NCBI GenBank assembly: GCA_964473455.1
Contig: CAYYQX010000001.1
Span: 133,380-197,379, forward strand
Direction: 5' to 3'
Length of the DNA stretch: 64,000 nt
Source: an uncultured Muribaculaceae bacterium
GTDB lineage: Bacteria > Bacillota_I > Bacilli_A > RF39 > UBA660
Shown here: piece after piece, positions 1-9,638 of the stretch
Position numbering within the stretch: position 1 is the stretch's first letter
Layout of the letters: each line of letters opens with the position of its first letter
Position numbers and translations under genes: made by a program
Notes under the pieces: model-generated
What the model was told of the DNA's origin: nothing
Seen by the model: only the letters and a program-made list of their open reading frames with translations
The model's database searches: none

Positions 1-1
1 T

Positions 2-736
2 GAAAATTTTGATAGTGTAATAGCTATTACAAAAAGACCACAGTATCTTACTTATAACACAAAAAGATATTATGATTATCTAGTAAAAAATCCAAGTTTT
101 TCTTTAGATTATATTATTAGTCTAGTAAATTGTAATAGAGATTACGCTTATTACAGTAATATGAAAGAAAGCGATTTAAGTAAAAATGAACTTGTCTTAG
201 TTAATAAATATTATAAACTATCAAGCACCTATGTTCCAGAAGGTTTAGTACAGATTGCGGAAGCATATGGCGGTTGTGGTCAATATATTAGTGAGCTTGC
301 TTATAACAGCTATATTGAAATGTATTTGGCTATGAAGGAAGAAGGACTAGAAATTCTTGCTACTTCTGGATATCGTAGTTATCAAACACAAGTAACTGTT
401 TACAATTATTACTTCAGTATAGATGGATATCGGGCTGATACTTATTCAGCAAGGCCAGGTAGTTCTGAACATCAAACAGGACTTGCCATAGACATTGGAA
501 GAAATAATGCTTATTTAAATGATTTTAAATATACTAAAGAGTATACTTGGCTTATAAACAATTCTTACAAATATGGATTTATTATAAGATATCCAGAAGG
601 CAAAACAGACATAACTGGATATTCAACAGAATACTGGCACTATCGTTATGTTGGAGTTGAAGTGGCTAAAGAAATATATAATGGAAACATAACATTTGAT
701 GAATATTATGCCTATTATATAGAAAAAAGTGTTTAA
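2..736 (+). CDS. VanY-like zinc D-alanyl-D-alanine carboxypeptidase (peptidase M15B). N-terminus lies beyond the window start, because the frame is open to position 2
   Basis: SEHQTGLAIDI metal-binding motif and overall VanY/M15 pattern. The in-frame ORF continues upstream of the listed ATG at 161 with no stop. Confidence 0.65.
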   Translation, partial: ENFDSVIAITKRPQYLTYNTKRYYDYLVKNPSFSLDYIISLVNCNRDYAYYSNMKESDLSKNELVLVNKYYKLSSTYVPEGLVQIAEAYGGCGQYISELAYNSYIEMYLAMKEEGLEILATSGYRSYQTQVTVYNYYFSIDGYRADTYSARPGSSEHQTGLAIDIGRNNAYLNDFKYTKEYTWLINNSYKYGFIIRYPEGKTDITGYSTEYWHYRYVGVEVAKEIYNGNITFDEYYAYYIEKSV

Positions 737-1914
737 AAGAACACTTTTTTTATGATCAAAATTAAAATTATTAAGACTACTACTGAAAGAATTATATTGT
801 TTTTTATAAAAACAAATAAAGAAAAATGTAAATCTTCCGTTAAAAACACATCTATCGTTTTTAAAATCTTTTCTTCATAAATAATATCTATAGTACCTAA
901 TTTTGTTCCAACTTTTTCATTATATTTTATTTCTTCCATTCCATTATATTTATATACAATCTTTGTTGAATCAAAAGTATTATTCATATATTTCAATATG
1001 TCTTTATCGGCTGTTATTTTTACTTCTTTTTCTCTGGCATTCTTAGTTTTGATAGTTGTAAGAATGTCTCCACTATTTACAATATTATGATAGGAATAAT
1101 TATTAAAGTAATATTCATATATACTTTTAGCATCCAACAAATGATAGTAATTGGTATCTGTTGGCGCTCTTAGCGTAACTAACAAGTAATATATATCATT
1201 ATTCTCATCATAGCCAACCGATGCCAAACAGCGTCCTGCTTCTGTCGTATAGCCTGTTTTCCCTCCGAGGATATAATCAACCGGTATTTCATAATATTTT
1301 GAATACTTTTCTAATGTTGATTCAAAAGTTATACTGCCATCACTTGTCACATATTTCTTGGAATAAAATATTTCAGAAAATTTTTTGTTTTCTAAAGCCG
1401 CCTTGAGTAAAACTGCAATATCATAAGCTGAAGAATAATTGTCATCCGTGTCTAACCCTATTACATTAGAAAAATGAGTATTTAAAAGGCCTAGTTCTTC
1501 GGCTTTTTGATTCATAAGCTCTAAAAAGCCACTTAAACTGCCACCCACGTTAACAGCAATAGCGTTAGCTGCTTCAGCGCCACTTGGAAGAAGTAAGGCA
1601 TATAAAAGATCATTATATGTGACAGCGTCCCCCACTTCAAAACCAACCAGAGCGGCATTTATTTCATATAGATTCGCAAAAAAATCTTTTTTCATAATAA
1701 TTTTTTTATCAAAATTATCTATATTTTCAATTGCGACTAATCCCGTCATGATTTTGGTTAAGGAAGCTACACTAACTCGTTCTTCCATGTCTTTTTCAAA
1801 AATTATTTCATTGTCATTTAAATTATATAAAACAACATTTTTCGATTTCATTTCTAGCCCCTTAACGTTAATTAAAAAAAAGAAGAACAAACAAAAAATA
1901 ATAAGTTTTTTCAC
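733..1914 (-). CDS. Serine-type D-alanyl-D-alanine carboxypeptidase (peptidase S11, PBP5/DacA-like)
   Basis: SLTK (SxxK) active-site motif; signal peptide/TM at the N-terminus; C-terminal membrane anchor. Confidence 0.7.
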   Translation of the reverse strand: MKKLIIFCLFFFFLINVKGLEMKSKNVVLYNLNDNEIIFEKDMEERVSVASLTKIMTGLVAIENIDNFDKKIIMKKDFFANLYEINAALVGFEVGDAVTYNDLLYALLLPSGAEAANAIAVNVGGSLSGFLELMNQKAEELGLLNTHFSNVIGLDTDDNYSSAYDIAVLLKAALENKKFSEIFYSKKYVTSDGSITFESTLEKYSKYYEIPVDYILGGKTGYTTEAGRCLASVGYDENNDIYYLLVTLRAPTDTNYYHLLDAKSIYEYYFNNYSYHNIVNSGDILTTIKTKNAREKEVKITADKDILKYMNNTFDSTKIVYKYNGMEEIKYNEKVGTKLGTIDIIYEEKILKTIDVFLTEDLHFSLFVFIKNNIILSVVVLIILILIIKKVFF

Positions 1915-2087
1915 TTTATTACTCTCTTTGATTTTTTGTTAAGTTGTAAGGTTAGTATCACTACTTCTTCTTTAATTCCCTTGTTTATCTTCTTCATATA
2001 ATCACCAAACTTATTTTAACATAATTATTTATCTTAAACAACTTTAATTATTGGAAATTTTTTGTTATAATCTTTTGGGAGGACACT

Positions 2088-3470
2088 ATGTACGATGTCG
2101 TTATAATAGGAGCTGGACCAGCCGGCTTGTTTAGTGCTTATGAATTAATAACCCAAAACAAAAACTTAAAAATTGCTTTATTAGAAAAAGGCAAAAAAGC
2201 TGATAAAAGAAGTTGTCCTATGTATAAAAAAGGGACTAACTGTCTAAACTGTAGCCCATGTGAGATATTGTCTGGATTTGGAGGAGCTGGAACATTTTCT
2301 GATGGTAAACTAAATTTCATTCCCAAACACGGAAAATCAGATTTGTTCAAATATTTAAGTTCTAAAGAAGCCTATAAAATTATCGATGACACAGAAAATA
2401 TATTTAATTTTTTTGGCATGAATAGCGATGTGTTTCCATCTGACATGAATGAAGCTTATAAAATAAAAGAAAAAATTGCGAAACTGGGGCATAATTTACT
2501 TATAATAAAACAAAAACATTTAGGATCAGATAAATTACCAGATTATATAAAAACTTTTACAGCTTTTTTAGAAAAAAATGGTGTTGAACTTTTTGAAAAT
2601 ACTTCAGCAATAGATATTGTAAAAAGAAAAGGATATTACGAAGTTCTTTGTGATAAAACATCTTTTAAAGGTCAAAAAATCATTGTTGCGCCAGGCAGAA
2701 CAAGCGCTAAATGGGTTCAAGAACTAGCTGATAAATATAAAATACCATATACTTCTCAAAGTATTGAAATTGGCGTTAGAATAGAAGTTAGAAAAGAAAT
2801 ACTAAAAGAAATCACTAGTATCATTTACGATCCAACAATATTTATTAAAACAGACACTTATAATGATGAAGTGAGAACTTTTTGTACCAATCCAGAAGGA
2901 TTTGTAGCCAAAGAAAATTATGAAGGATATATTTGTGTTAATGGTTTTGCTCAAAAAGAGATAAAGTCAGAAAATTCTAACTTTGCCTTCCTTTCCAAAG
3001 TAAATTTAACTCATCCAACAACTAATACTAGACAATATGGTGAATCTATTGCTAGAATCGCAAGTGTTTTAGGAGCAGGGAAACCAATAATTCAAACGTT
3101 GAAAGATTTAAAGCAAGGTCACAGAAGCGACTGGAATAAAATAAAAAAAGGTTTTATTGAACCAACACTAACAGACTGTGTGGCTGGTGATTTAGCACTA
3201 GTATTGCCACATAGAATAATAAAAAACATCCTTGAAGGATTAGAAAAGCTAGATGAAATAATTCCGGGCGTTAATAATGGTGAAACTCTATTATATGGAC
3301 CTGAAATCAAATTTTTCAGTAATGAAATATCAACAAATGACAACATGAAGTTAGAAGATGATGACATTTATTTTGTCGGAGATGGAGCCGGAAAGGCTGG
3401 TAATATTGTGGTTGCTGCTGCAACTGGATTAATTGCTGCAAGAGATATATTAAAAAACGTTAATCAATAA
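2088..3470 (+). CDS. FAD-dependent oxidoreductase (COG2509-like NAD(FAD)-utilizing dehydrogenase)
   Basis: N-terminal GAGPAG dinucleotide-binding motif; C-terminal GDGAG; cysteine cluster. Confidence 0.55.
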   Translation: MYDVVIIGAGPAGLFSAYELITQNKNLKIALLEKGKKADKRSCPMYKKGTNCLNCSPCEILSGFGGAGTFSDGKLNFIPKHGKSDLFKYLSSKEAYKIIDDTENIFNFFGMNSDVFPSDMNEAYKIKEKIAKLGHNLLIIKQKHLGSDKLPDYIKTFTAFLEKNGVELFENTSAIDIVKRKGYYEVLCDKTSFKGQKIIVAPGRTSAKWVQELADKYKIPYTSQSIEIGVRIEVRKEILKEITSIIYDPTIFIKTDTYNDEVRTFCTNPEGFVAKENYEGYICVNGFAQKEIKSENSNFAFLSKVNLTHPTTNTRQYGESIARIASVLGAGKPIIQTLKDLKQGHRSDWNKIKKGFIEPTLTDCVAGDLALVLPHRIIKNILEGLEKLDEIIPGVNNGETLLYGPEIKFFSNEISTNDNMKLEDDDIYFVGDGAGKAGNIVVAAATGLIAARDILKNVNQ

Positions 3471-3480
3471 CGTTTTTTTA
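3453..3480. terminator. Bidirectional rho-independent terminator (AAAAACGTTA-ATCAA-TAACGTTTTT)
   Basis: Perfect 10 bp stem with T-run between convergent genes. Confidence 0.5.
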
Positions 3481-3481
3481 T

Positions 3482-3982
3482 TTAATCACCTAATATATCA
3501 ATAATTTGATCTAGTTTATTTATAACTGGGTATCCTTTATCTTTAAGTGCTTTAGAAAATAGAATAGATATTCCTCCTTCTTTAGCCCATTCGTCTAGAT
3601 TACCAACATAATCATCTACTAAAATTTCTCCTTTTGTATGAACCATTTGTGTTTTTGATATTATTTTTGGAACTAAAATTATTGTAATATCTTTAAAAGT
3701 CTGCCTAATAAATTTTATTTTTTCTATGCCCTCATTTAATGAACTTATGTGGGTTAAAATATTTATATTAAATTTATTTGTTTTTATTAACTTTTTAATG
3801 CACTTAAAACTTTCGTTTATTTCTGGCGTTGTTTTTAGAATATTATGCCAATCTACAGAAGCAATAAAACTATTTGTTTCTTTAAAATTTTTTCGATCGA
3901 TATTTGCTTTTTCCAGCATTGCATATAATATCTCTATTGTATCTAATATTACCCCATCAAAATCAATATATAAGTTTCTCAT
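3482..3982 (-). CDS. HAD-superfamily hydrolase, 5'(3')-deoxyribonucleotidase-like
   Basis: N-terminal DFDGV (HAD motif I); ~165 aa, a size typical of the NT5C-like family. Confidence 0.4.
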   Translation of the reverse strand: MRNLYIDFDGVILDTIEILYAMLEKANIDRKNFKETNSFIASVDWHNILKTTPEINESFKCIKKLIKTNKFNINILTHISSLNEGIEKIKFIRQTFKDITIILVPKIISKTQMVHTKGEILVDDYVGNLDEWAKEGGISILFSKALKDKGYPVINKLDQIIDILGD

Positions 3983-4029
3983 TTTTGTCTCCTATTTATA
4001 TTATAACAAATATTACAAAAAATCTTTGA

Positions 4030-5379
4030 TTAATTTATCAAAGATTTTGTTGTTTCATTAACATAAATGGTTATTTTCACATCATCTAACAAGTGATAAT
4101 CATATACTTTTTTGTTTTTTAGTTCTTCAATAAAAGTTTCATATAATTCTTTATTTCTTTCTAAAATTGTTGAAGATATTTTTATTGTATCATTGTTTTT
4201 TTCAACTTCAATAGTTCTTAATACATAGTAATCTATTTTGATGACTATTTGATTGTCTAAAAGAGTATCATCTACCTCAATATTTGTTTCATAACCATTC
4301 GCATTTATCGTTGTTTCATTAGAAATATTTTCTTGGTAAATCAACTCTTTTTTAAAACTGCTTTCATCTAATTGATTTGAATATGAATAAGATAACGATT
4401 CTTCAACAGTTAAAATACAACCGAAAGTAATTAAAATAATACTAATTATAAAAGGTACTATACTATTTACTTTGAATTTGTAAATTAAGTTTTTTATTAA
4501 GCTTGCTAAAAAACCAAACATAAAATTTAATCCAATCAGTAACACTAGTATTCCTAAAAGAGCTACTCCCTTTATCAGTAAATAAATAACTATAGTTAAT
4601 GCGATAGCTATTGAAAAATTTATAAACCATATTGGTAAAAGAAAAATGAAAGACATAAATAGTTGTATGATTTTGGTAACAACATTACTTCCTTTTGTTA
4701 TCTTTTTTTCTTCAATTTTTTCTTCAATTTTGTCTTCTACTTTTTCTGCTTTTATTGACTTTTTTTCTTTTTTTGTAATTTCTTCTTTTAAAAAATATTT
4801 TTTAAATACCTGCATTATAATAAACACTGAACATCCTAAATATGAAATGGCAATCAACAGTGCCCAAATCCAATAAACAAACTTATCTAGAGGGCTAAAA
4901 AGCAATGTGTATATTAATTCTTTACCTACACTTTTTATAAAATCAAAAGGTAATTTTAGTATCACTAAACCAAGAAAGATTATAATCACTTTAAAGATTA
5001 TTTCAAACAAAAGCTCAAAATTAAATTCTCCATTTTTCTCTTCAAACCCTTTATATAATTTTTTAAATCCTTTACTAGCTTTTTTTGCAACATCCGAAAT
5101 TGTATTTTCAATACTTTTTACTACTTCTTCTGTCTTTGTTGCTGACTCTTTTATATAATTAGGGTTAATTTTATATGCCTTTAGTATTTCTTTTGCAAGT
5201 TCATCTATATTTTCAAAATCGGCAATAGCTTCTTCTTCCGTTTTTCCTTTTTTAATCTTTTCATCTATCATATTACTATATTCATCTAATATGTCTTTTA
5301 TTTCTTTTTCTTCCAGAACTTTTAATTTTATTTCCAGTAACTTTAAAAATTTTTTCTTATTCATTTTGATTCTCCTCAA
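4030..5379 (-). CDS. DUF1700-like membrane protein, PadR-associated
   Basis: N-terminal DUF1700-like helical domain (FLKLLEIKL...EEEAIADFENIDELAKEI); multiple TM segments; directly downstream of a PadR regulator with overlapping start. Confidence 0.45.
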   Translation of the reverse strand: MRRIKMNKKKFLKLLEIKLKVLEEKEIKDILDEYSNMIDEKIKKGKTEEEAIADFENIDELAKEILKAYKINPNYIKESATKTEEVVKSIENTISDVAKKASKGFKKLYKGFEEKNGEFNFELLFEIIFKVIIIFLGLVILKLPFDFIKSVGKELIYTLLFSPLDKFVYWIWALLIAISYLGCSVFIIMQVFKKYFLKEEITKKEKKSIKAEKVEDKIEEKIEEKKITKGSNVVTKIIQLFMSFIFLLPIWFINFSIAIALTIVIYLLIKGVALLGILVLLIGLNFMFGFLASLIKNLIYKFKVNSIVPFIISIILITFGCILTVEESLSYSYSNQLDESSFKKELIYQENISNETTINANGYETNIEVDDTLLDNQIVIKIDYYVLRTIEVEKNNDTIKISSTILERNKELYETFIEELKNKKVYDYHLLDDVKITIYVNETTKSLIN

Positions 5380-5677
5380 TAAACTTATTAATTGACTTTG
5401 AAAATTTCATCCATTCTTTTACTTTTTCAGCAGTATACTTTTCGCCTAAAATAGTTAATTTATAATACTTTCTTGGTGGACCGTATGTTGATTCTACTAA
5501 ATAAGTTTCAAAATAATTCTCATTAGTTAACCTTTTTAATATTGGATAAATTGTTCCATCGTTAACACCAACTACCTTAGAAACTTCTTCTATAAGCTCA
5601 TACCCATACATATCCTTTTTTTGGACATAAAGCAAAACTATTAACTCTAAAACACCCTTCTTAAATTGTGTATCCAT
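5357..5677 (-). CDS. PadR family transcriptional regulator
   Basis: GYELIEEV...GTIYPILKRL winged-helix PadR signature; ~105 aa. Confidence 0.7.
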   Translation of the reverse strand: MDTQFKKGVLELIVLLYVQKKDMYGYELIEEVSKVVGVNDGTIYPILKRLTNENYFETYLVESTYGPPRKYYKLTILGEKYTAEKVKEWMKFSKSINKFIEENQNE

Positions 5678-5769
5678 AGTTCACCTCAAATACATTTTAT
5701 AATAGGTATCGTGTATTGTCAAGTAGCTGGTATAAAATAGTAGATGATTAGCCAATAAAAAAACTAGAA

Positions 5770-6168
5770 TTATTTTTCTTCTAGTTTATTTAGGACTTCT
5801 TTTGTAACTTCAACTGCTTTTTTTCGAACTTCTTCAACAGTTTCTTCTAAAAGTGGCGCACCTTTTTCTTTAACATAATCAAAAAGTTCATCAGCCATTT
5901 CTTTTACTTTAGAAGCTTTTTCCTTAGCTATTTTTAAAACCTTTTCTTCATCTAAATCTTCTAAGTTCATTTTAATGGTGTTTATTTTATTTTCTATTTC
6001 GCTTTTTACTTCATCAACATCAATGTTTTTAATTTTTAATAAAAGTTCATCTAGTTTTACCTTTAACTCTTCTCTTGTTTTTTGCCCTTCCTTGGGTGCG
6101 AATAGAAATCCTAGTCCAACACCAACGATTGCTCCTGATAAAAATCTTCTAAATCCTTTTTTACTCAT
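5770..6168 (-). CDS. YtxH-like membrane-anchored protein
   Basis: N-terminal TM (AIVGVGLGFLFAP) followed by a charged coiled region. The likely start is the internal MSKKGF rather than the upstream in-frame Met. Confidence 0.45.
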   Translation of the reverse strand: MSKKGFRRFLSGAIVGVGLGFLFAPKEGQKTREELKVKLDELLLKIKNIDVDEVKSEIENKINTIKMNLEDLDEEKVLKIAKEKASKVKEMADELFDYVKEKGAPLLEETVEEVRKKAVEVTKEVLNKLEEK

Positions 6169-6472
6169 CTTCTTTTTCTCCTTTTTTCTTTTTAAATACA
6201 CTGGAAAGCTTTTCAACAATAAAGCTTGTTAGTTTGTCACTTACTAAAGCAACATCATCTGTTAGTTTATCAACCAAATCAAAAGCTTTATTTAATTTTT
6301 TTTGTTTTTCTTGTACATCTTCAACTATATTATTAACTTTTCTAAGCAAGCTTATTAAATGAATAATAAAGACAATCAGAACAAGTATCAAAATTCCTAA
6401 TAGTACGTATAAAACTATCGGTAATACTTCACTGCACATCATCTTCTTCCTCCTTCTCATACATTGAATCAA
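6161..6472 (-). CDS. DUF948 (YtxG-like) family protein
   Basis: Single N-terminal TM, then the DVQEKQKKLNKAFDLVDKLTDDV pattern typical of DUF948. Gene order matches ytxG-ytxH. Confidence 0.4.
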   Translation of the reverse strand: MIQCMRRRKKMMCSEVLPIVLYVLLGILILVLIVFIIHLISLLRKVNNIVEDVQEKQKKLNKAFDLVDKLTDDVALVSDKLTSFIVEKLSSVFKKKKGEKEDE

Positions 6473-7085
6473 TTAAATTAAACAAATCTTCTTCTTCCAT
6501 TTTAATGTCTTCCAAATTTTCATCTGTTTTATTTAATTCTTCTAAAGTCATATTTTCTTCTGTTCTTCTTGGCTTATAATCTTCAATTATCTTTTCTTCT
6601 ATTATATTTAGTGGTTCTTCTTTTTCTACCTCAATTATAGAAGTTTCAATTTCATCCTCAAGCGAACCATAGGCCTTTCTTCTAACCATTTCTAGAGTGG
6701 TAATTTTTGTACCTATTGATTTTTTTTCTACTCGGCTCAATTTAACATCTTCTTTGTTGTAGTTTTTCTCTAAAACCCCATATACTGGAGATATAATTGG
6801 TGAAAGCTTGAATTTTTTTGCTTCTTCTGCTTTTTTAAAATTGTACATCTCTTTTTCAGGCTTTTTCTTTTTCTCACCGTAGTCTTTAAAATCATCATCG
6901 TCAAAATAAACTGGAAAAACAAATTTTTCTTCTTTTGGCTCGGTTTTAGTTTCTACCTTTGTTTCCACTGCTTTCTCAATTTCTTCTGTTCCTGGTATTG
7001 TAACATGCGTAACTTCTTTTTTTATAGGAACTTCTGTTTCTTCAGTAAAAACGTTTTTCAATTTTTCAAAAAGACTTACCTTCAT
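6429..7085 (-). CDS. Hypothetical acidic (Glu/Lys-rich) protein
   Basis: ORF with no recognisable motif. Co-oriented and overlapping with the DUF948 gene. Confidence 0.3.
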   Translation of the reverse strand: MKVSLFEKLKNVFTEETEVPIKKEVTHVTIPGTEEIEKAVETKVETKTEPKEEKFVFPVYFDDDDFKDYGEKKKKPEKEMYNFKKAEEAKKFKLSPIISPVYGVLEKNYNKEDVKLSRVEKKSIGTKITTLEMVRRKAYGSLEDEIETSIIEVEKEEPLNIIEEKIIEDYKPRRTEENMTLEELNKTDENLEDIKMEEEDLFNLIDSMYEKEEEDDVQ

Positions 7086-7087
7086 TA

Positions 7088-7702
7088 TTATTCCTCACTT
7101 TCTTCTTCAACATATTGTAGAAATTTATTTGTACTTTGTTTGGAAGTGAAAATATCATATTTTTGTTCCACACTAGTAAAGTAATCATCATTTAACATAA
7201 TTCTAATAACGTTGTCATTAAATTTTATAGTTGACAATATATATGAAGAGTTTAAGACCACTAATTTTATATCCTCAAAAGCTACTAGAGCTTCAATTTT
7301 GGCATAGTTGTACATAAACTCAATAAAATAATTGCCTTCGATTTCATTAATTTCTAAGTATCCTATTTTATTATTAATATTGATTTTTTTTGAGTAAAAA
7401 GCTTTTTCATCTACAGTATAATCAACTTGTTTATTATAATAATAACTTATAATATCAATATATAAATAATAATAGTTGCCGTTAGAATACAACTTGTCAT
7501 TTAATCCATTACTTTCAATATAATTAACATCTCTAGGTACGTAATATTTATAGCCTTTACCTATTTGATTAAATAATTCATTGTTCTTTGATAATACAAC
7601 ATTAACTGTCGTATCTATGTTTTCTGTATCTATTCTAACTAGAGTACATCCAGAAAGCAAAAGTAACAGTAGTAAAACCAATATTTTTTTCATGCTTATC
7701 AC
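7088..7702 (-). CDS. Lipoprotein, unknown function
   Basis: Signal peptide with LSGC lipobox. Confidence 0.45.
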   Translation of the reverse strand: MISMKKILVLLLLLLLSGCTLVRIDTENIDTTVNVVLSKNNELFNQIGKGYKYYVPRDVNYIESNGLNDKLYSNGNYYYLYIDIISYYYNKQVDYTVDEKAFYSKKININNKIGYLEINEIEGNYFIEFMYNYAKIEALVAFEDIKLVVLNSSYILSTIKFNDNVIRIMLNDDYFTSVEQKYDIFTSKQSTNKFLQYVEEESEE

Positions 7703-7773
7703 TTCCCTTTTATTATATCAAAGATATGGTCAAATAAAAAGACATTTAATTATTTGACATGTAAATGTGGTGT

Positions 7774-8394
7774 CTATTTATAAACTATTGTTTTAAATAT
7801 CTTAAAATTCTTCTTGCAAAACTTTTCTTCATACTCTGTTTCAATATTAAATATATTTTCCTTATGAAGATCAAAAGTTATATATTCTATCTTATAACTG
7901 TGCTCACTAAATTTAACAATTGAATATTTAAATAGTTCTTCGTTGTCTGTTTTTAAAACAATCTTTTGCTTATCATAAAAAATATGATCATACTTTTCTA
8001 AAAACAAATCACTTGTTAATCTTCGTTTTTGGTGACGTTTTTTTGGCCAAGGATCAGAAAAGTTCAAATATAAGACATCTATATCTTTATAAAAAACATC
8101 TAATATGTCTTTCGCATCAAGGCGCATTATTTTTAAATTGTCAAGATGGTCATTTTCTAATTTTTTAATTAGCTTTAATAAAACACTAGCGTGAATATCT
8201 ATTGCGATAAAAAGGATTTTGGGATTTTGTTTTGCCATTTCATAAATAAAACGCCCTCTTCCAGAACCTATCTCAACATGAATCTCTTTTTTAAACATAC
8301 TTTTATAGTTCCCTTTAAAAGCACTAAAATCATTAATCGTGTATATTGAGTTTTTTACTGTTTCTTCAGAACCCTTTATATTTTTCAATCTCAT
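7774..8394 (-). CDS. trmB: tRNA (guanine46-N7)-methyltransferase
   Basis: GSGRGRF SAM-binding motif and the DPWPKKRHQKRR motif. Confidence 0.85.
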   Translation of the reverse strand: MRLKNIKGSEETVKNSIYTINDFSAFKGNYKSMFKKEIHVEIGSGRGRFIYEMAKQNPKILFIAIDIHASVLLKLIKKLENDHLDNLKIMRLDAKDILDVFYKDIDVLYLNFSDPWPKKRHQKRRLTSDLFLEKYDHIFYDKQKIVLKTDNEELFKYSIVKFSEHSYKIEYITFDLHKENIFNIETEYEEKFCKKNFKIFKTIVYK

Positions 8395-8436
8395 ATTAAA
8401 ACTCCTTATATATATAATAACAAAATAAAAAAAGAA

Positions 8437-8679
8437 TTAAAATGCTTCGACATTAATTCTTATCTTTTTTAATCCTTCTACAAAAGCTGCTGCTTGAACT
8501 ATTGTTCTAATTGATTTAATCATATTGCCACCTTTACCAATAACGCGGCCTATTTCTGCTTCACTAACTAGAACTTCTATTGTTATGTATTCTTCATCTT
8601 CATACTCTTTTAAAGATATCGAATCTTCGTCCTTTACAACGCTTTTAATTAAAAATTCAGTCAATTTTAGTGGGTTCAT
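8437..8679 (-). CDS. khpA: KH-domain RNA-binding protein (KhpA/YlqC-like)
   Basis: IGRVIGKGGNMIKSIR KH motif; directly downstream of rpsP. Confidence 0.7.
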   Translation of the reverse strand: MNPLKLTEFLIKSVVKDEDSISLKEYEDEEYITIEVLVSEAEIGRVIGKGGNMIKSIRTIVQAAAFVEGLKKIRINVEAF

Positions 8680-8948
8680 TATTTATCTCCTTTTTTTTGA
8701 TTGTGGAATTTTTCCATAATTTTTGCTTTACTAAATAATGATCTTACTGTATCTGTTGGAACAGCGCCGTTACTTAACCACTTTAAAACACTAGCTTCAT
8801 CAATTTTTACGTCTCCAGTTAGTGGATTATAAGTTCCAACTGTTTCAATAAATTTTCCATCTCTTGGGCTTCTTGAGTCTGCTACAACTACTCGATAAAA
8901 AGGACTCTTTTTTGCTCCCATTCTTCTTAATCTAAGTTTTACTGCCAT
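8679..8948 (-). CDS. rpsP: 30S ribosomal protein S16
   Basis: [31 protein letters not shown] signature. Confidence 0.9.
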   Translation of the reverse strand: MAVKLRLRRMGAKKSPFYRVVVADSRSPRDGKFIETVGTYNPLTGDVKIDEASVLKWLSNGAVPTDTVRSLFSKAKIMEKFHNQKKGDK

Positions 8949-9009
8949 TTTATTTCCTCCTCATTAAATTGATTTTACCACATATATAAAAAATGTCAAC
9001 TCTTTTTGG

Positions 9010-9044
9010 TTGACGTTTGAATTTTTTAAACTTTGTGCTATAAT
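9010..9044 (+). promoter_or_regulatory. Putative sigma-A promoter for def (TTGACG ... extended -10 TGCTATAAT)
   Basis: TGcTATAAT at 9036-9044, about 20 nt upstream of the GGTGG RBS and ATG at 9064. Confidence 0.45.
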
Positions 9045-9063
9045 ATGCTTGTTGGTGGTTTTT

Positions 9064-9612
9064 ATGTTTAAAAACATTAGTATATTAGATGAAAAAAACA
9101 AAATTTTACGCACTGTATCAAAAGATGCGGTTTTTCCTATATCCGAAAAAGAAAAAGATTTAATTGCCGATATAATTAAATACTTAAAATATAGTCAAAT
9201 TGAAAAATTTGCTGAAAAATATGATCTTAGAGCAGGCATGGGACTGGCCTTTCCTCAAGTTGGAATACAAAAAAGAATTATAATTATCGTCCATGAATAT
9301 GAAGAGGGCAAATTTAAAAACTACGTCATAGTAAATCCTAGAATCATTAGTCACTCTGAAGAACAAATTGCTGCTGAAGTCGGTGAAGGATGTCTTAGTG
9401 TCAATAGAGAGGTAGAGGGCCACGTTATAAGGTGGGCTAGGATCACTGTTGACGGATTTGACGTTGATGGCAACAAACTGCAAATTAGGGCAAGAGAAGA
9501 GCTGGCAATTGCCATCCAGCATGAAATAGATCACTTAAACGGTATACTCTTTTTTGATCACATTAATAAAAATAAACCGTTTATTACAGATTCAAAAATA
9601 AGGTTAATATAA
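9064..9612 (+). CDS. def: Peptide deformylase
   Basis: GLAFPQVG, EGCLSV and HEIDHLNG motifs. Start placed at the internal ATG after the RBS and promoter. Confidence 0.9.
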   Translation: MFKNISILDEKNKILRTVSKDAVFPISEKEKDLIADIIKYLKYSQIEKFAEKYDLRAGMGLAFPQVGIQKRIIIIVHEYEEGKFKNYVIVNPRIISHSEEQIAAEVGEGCLSVNREVEGHVIRWARITVDGFDVDGNKLQIRAREELAIAIQHEIDHLNGILFFDHINKNKPFITDSKIRLI

Positions 9613-9638
9613 AAAAGCGTATAACGCTTTTTATTTTT
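9612..9638. terminator. Bidirectional rho-independent terminator (AAGCGTATAACGCTT hairpin flanked by A/T runs)
   Basis: Palindrome with T-runs on both sides, between convergent def and the Big_2 gene. Confidence 0.55.
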
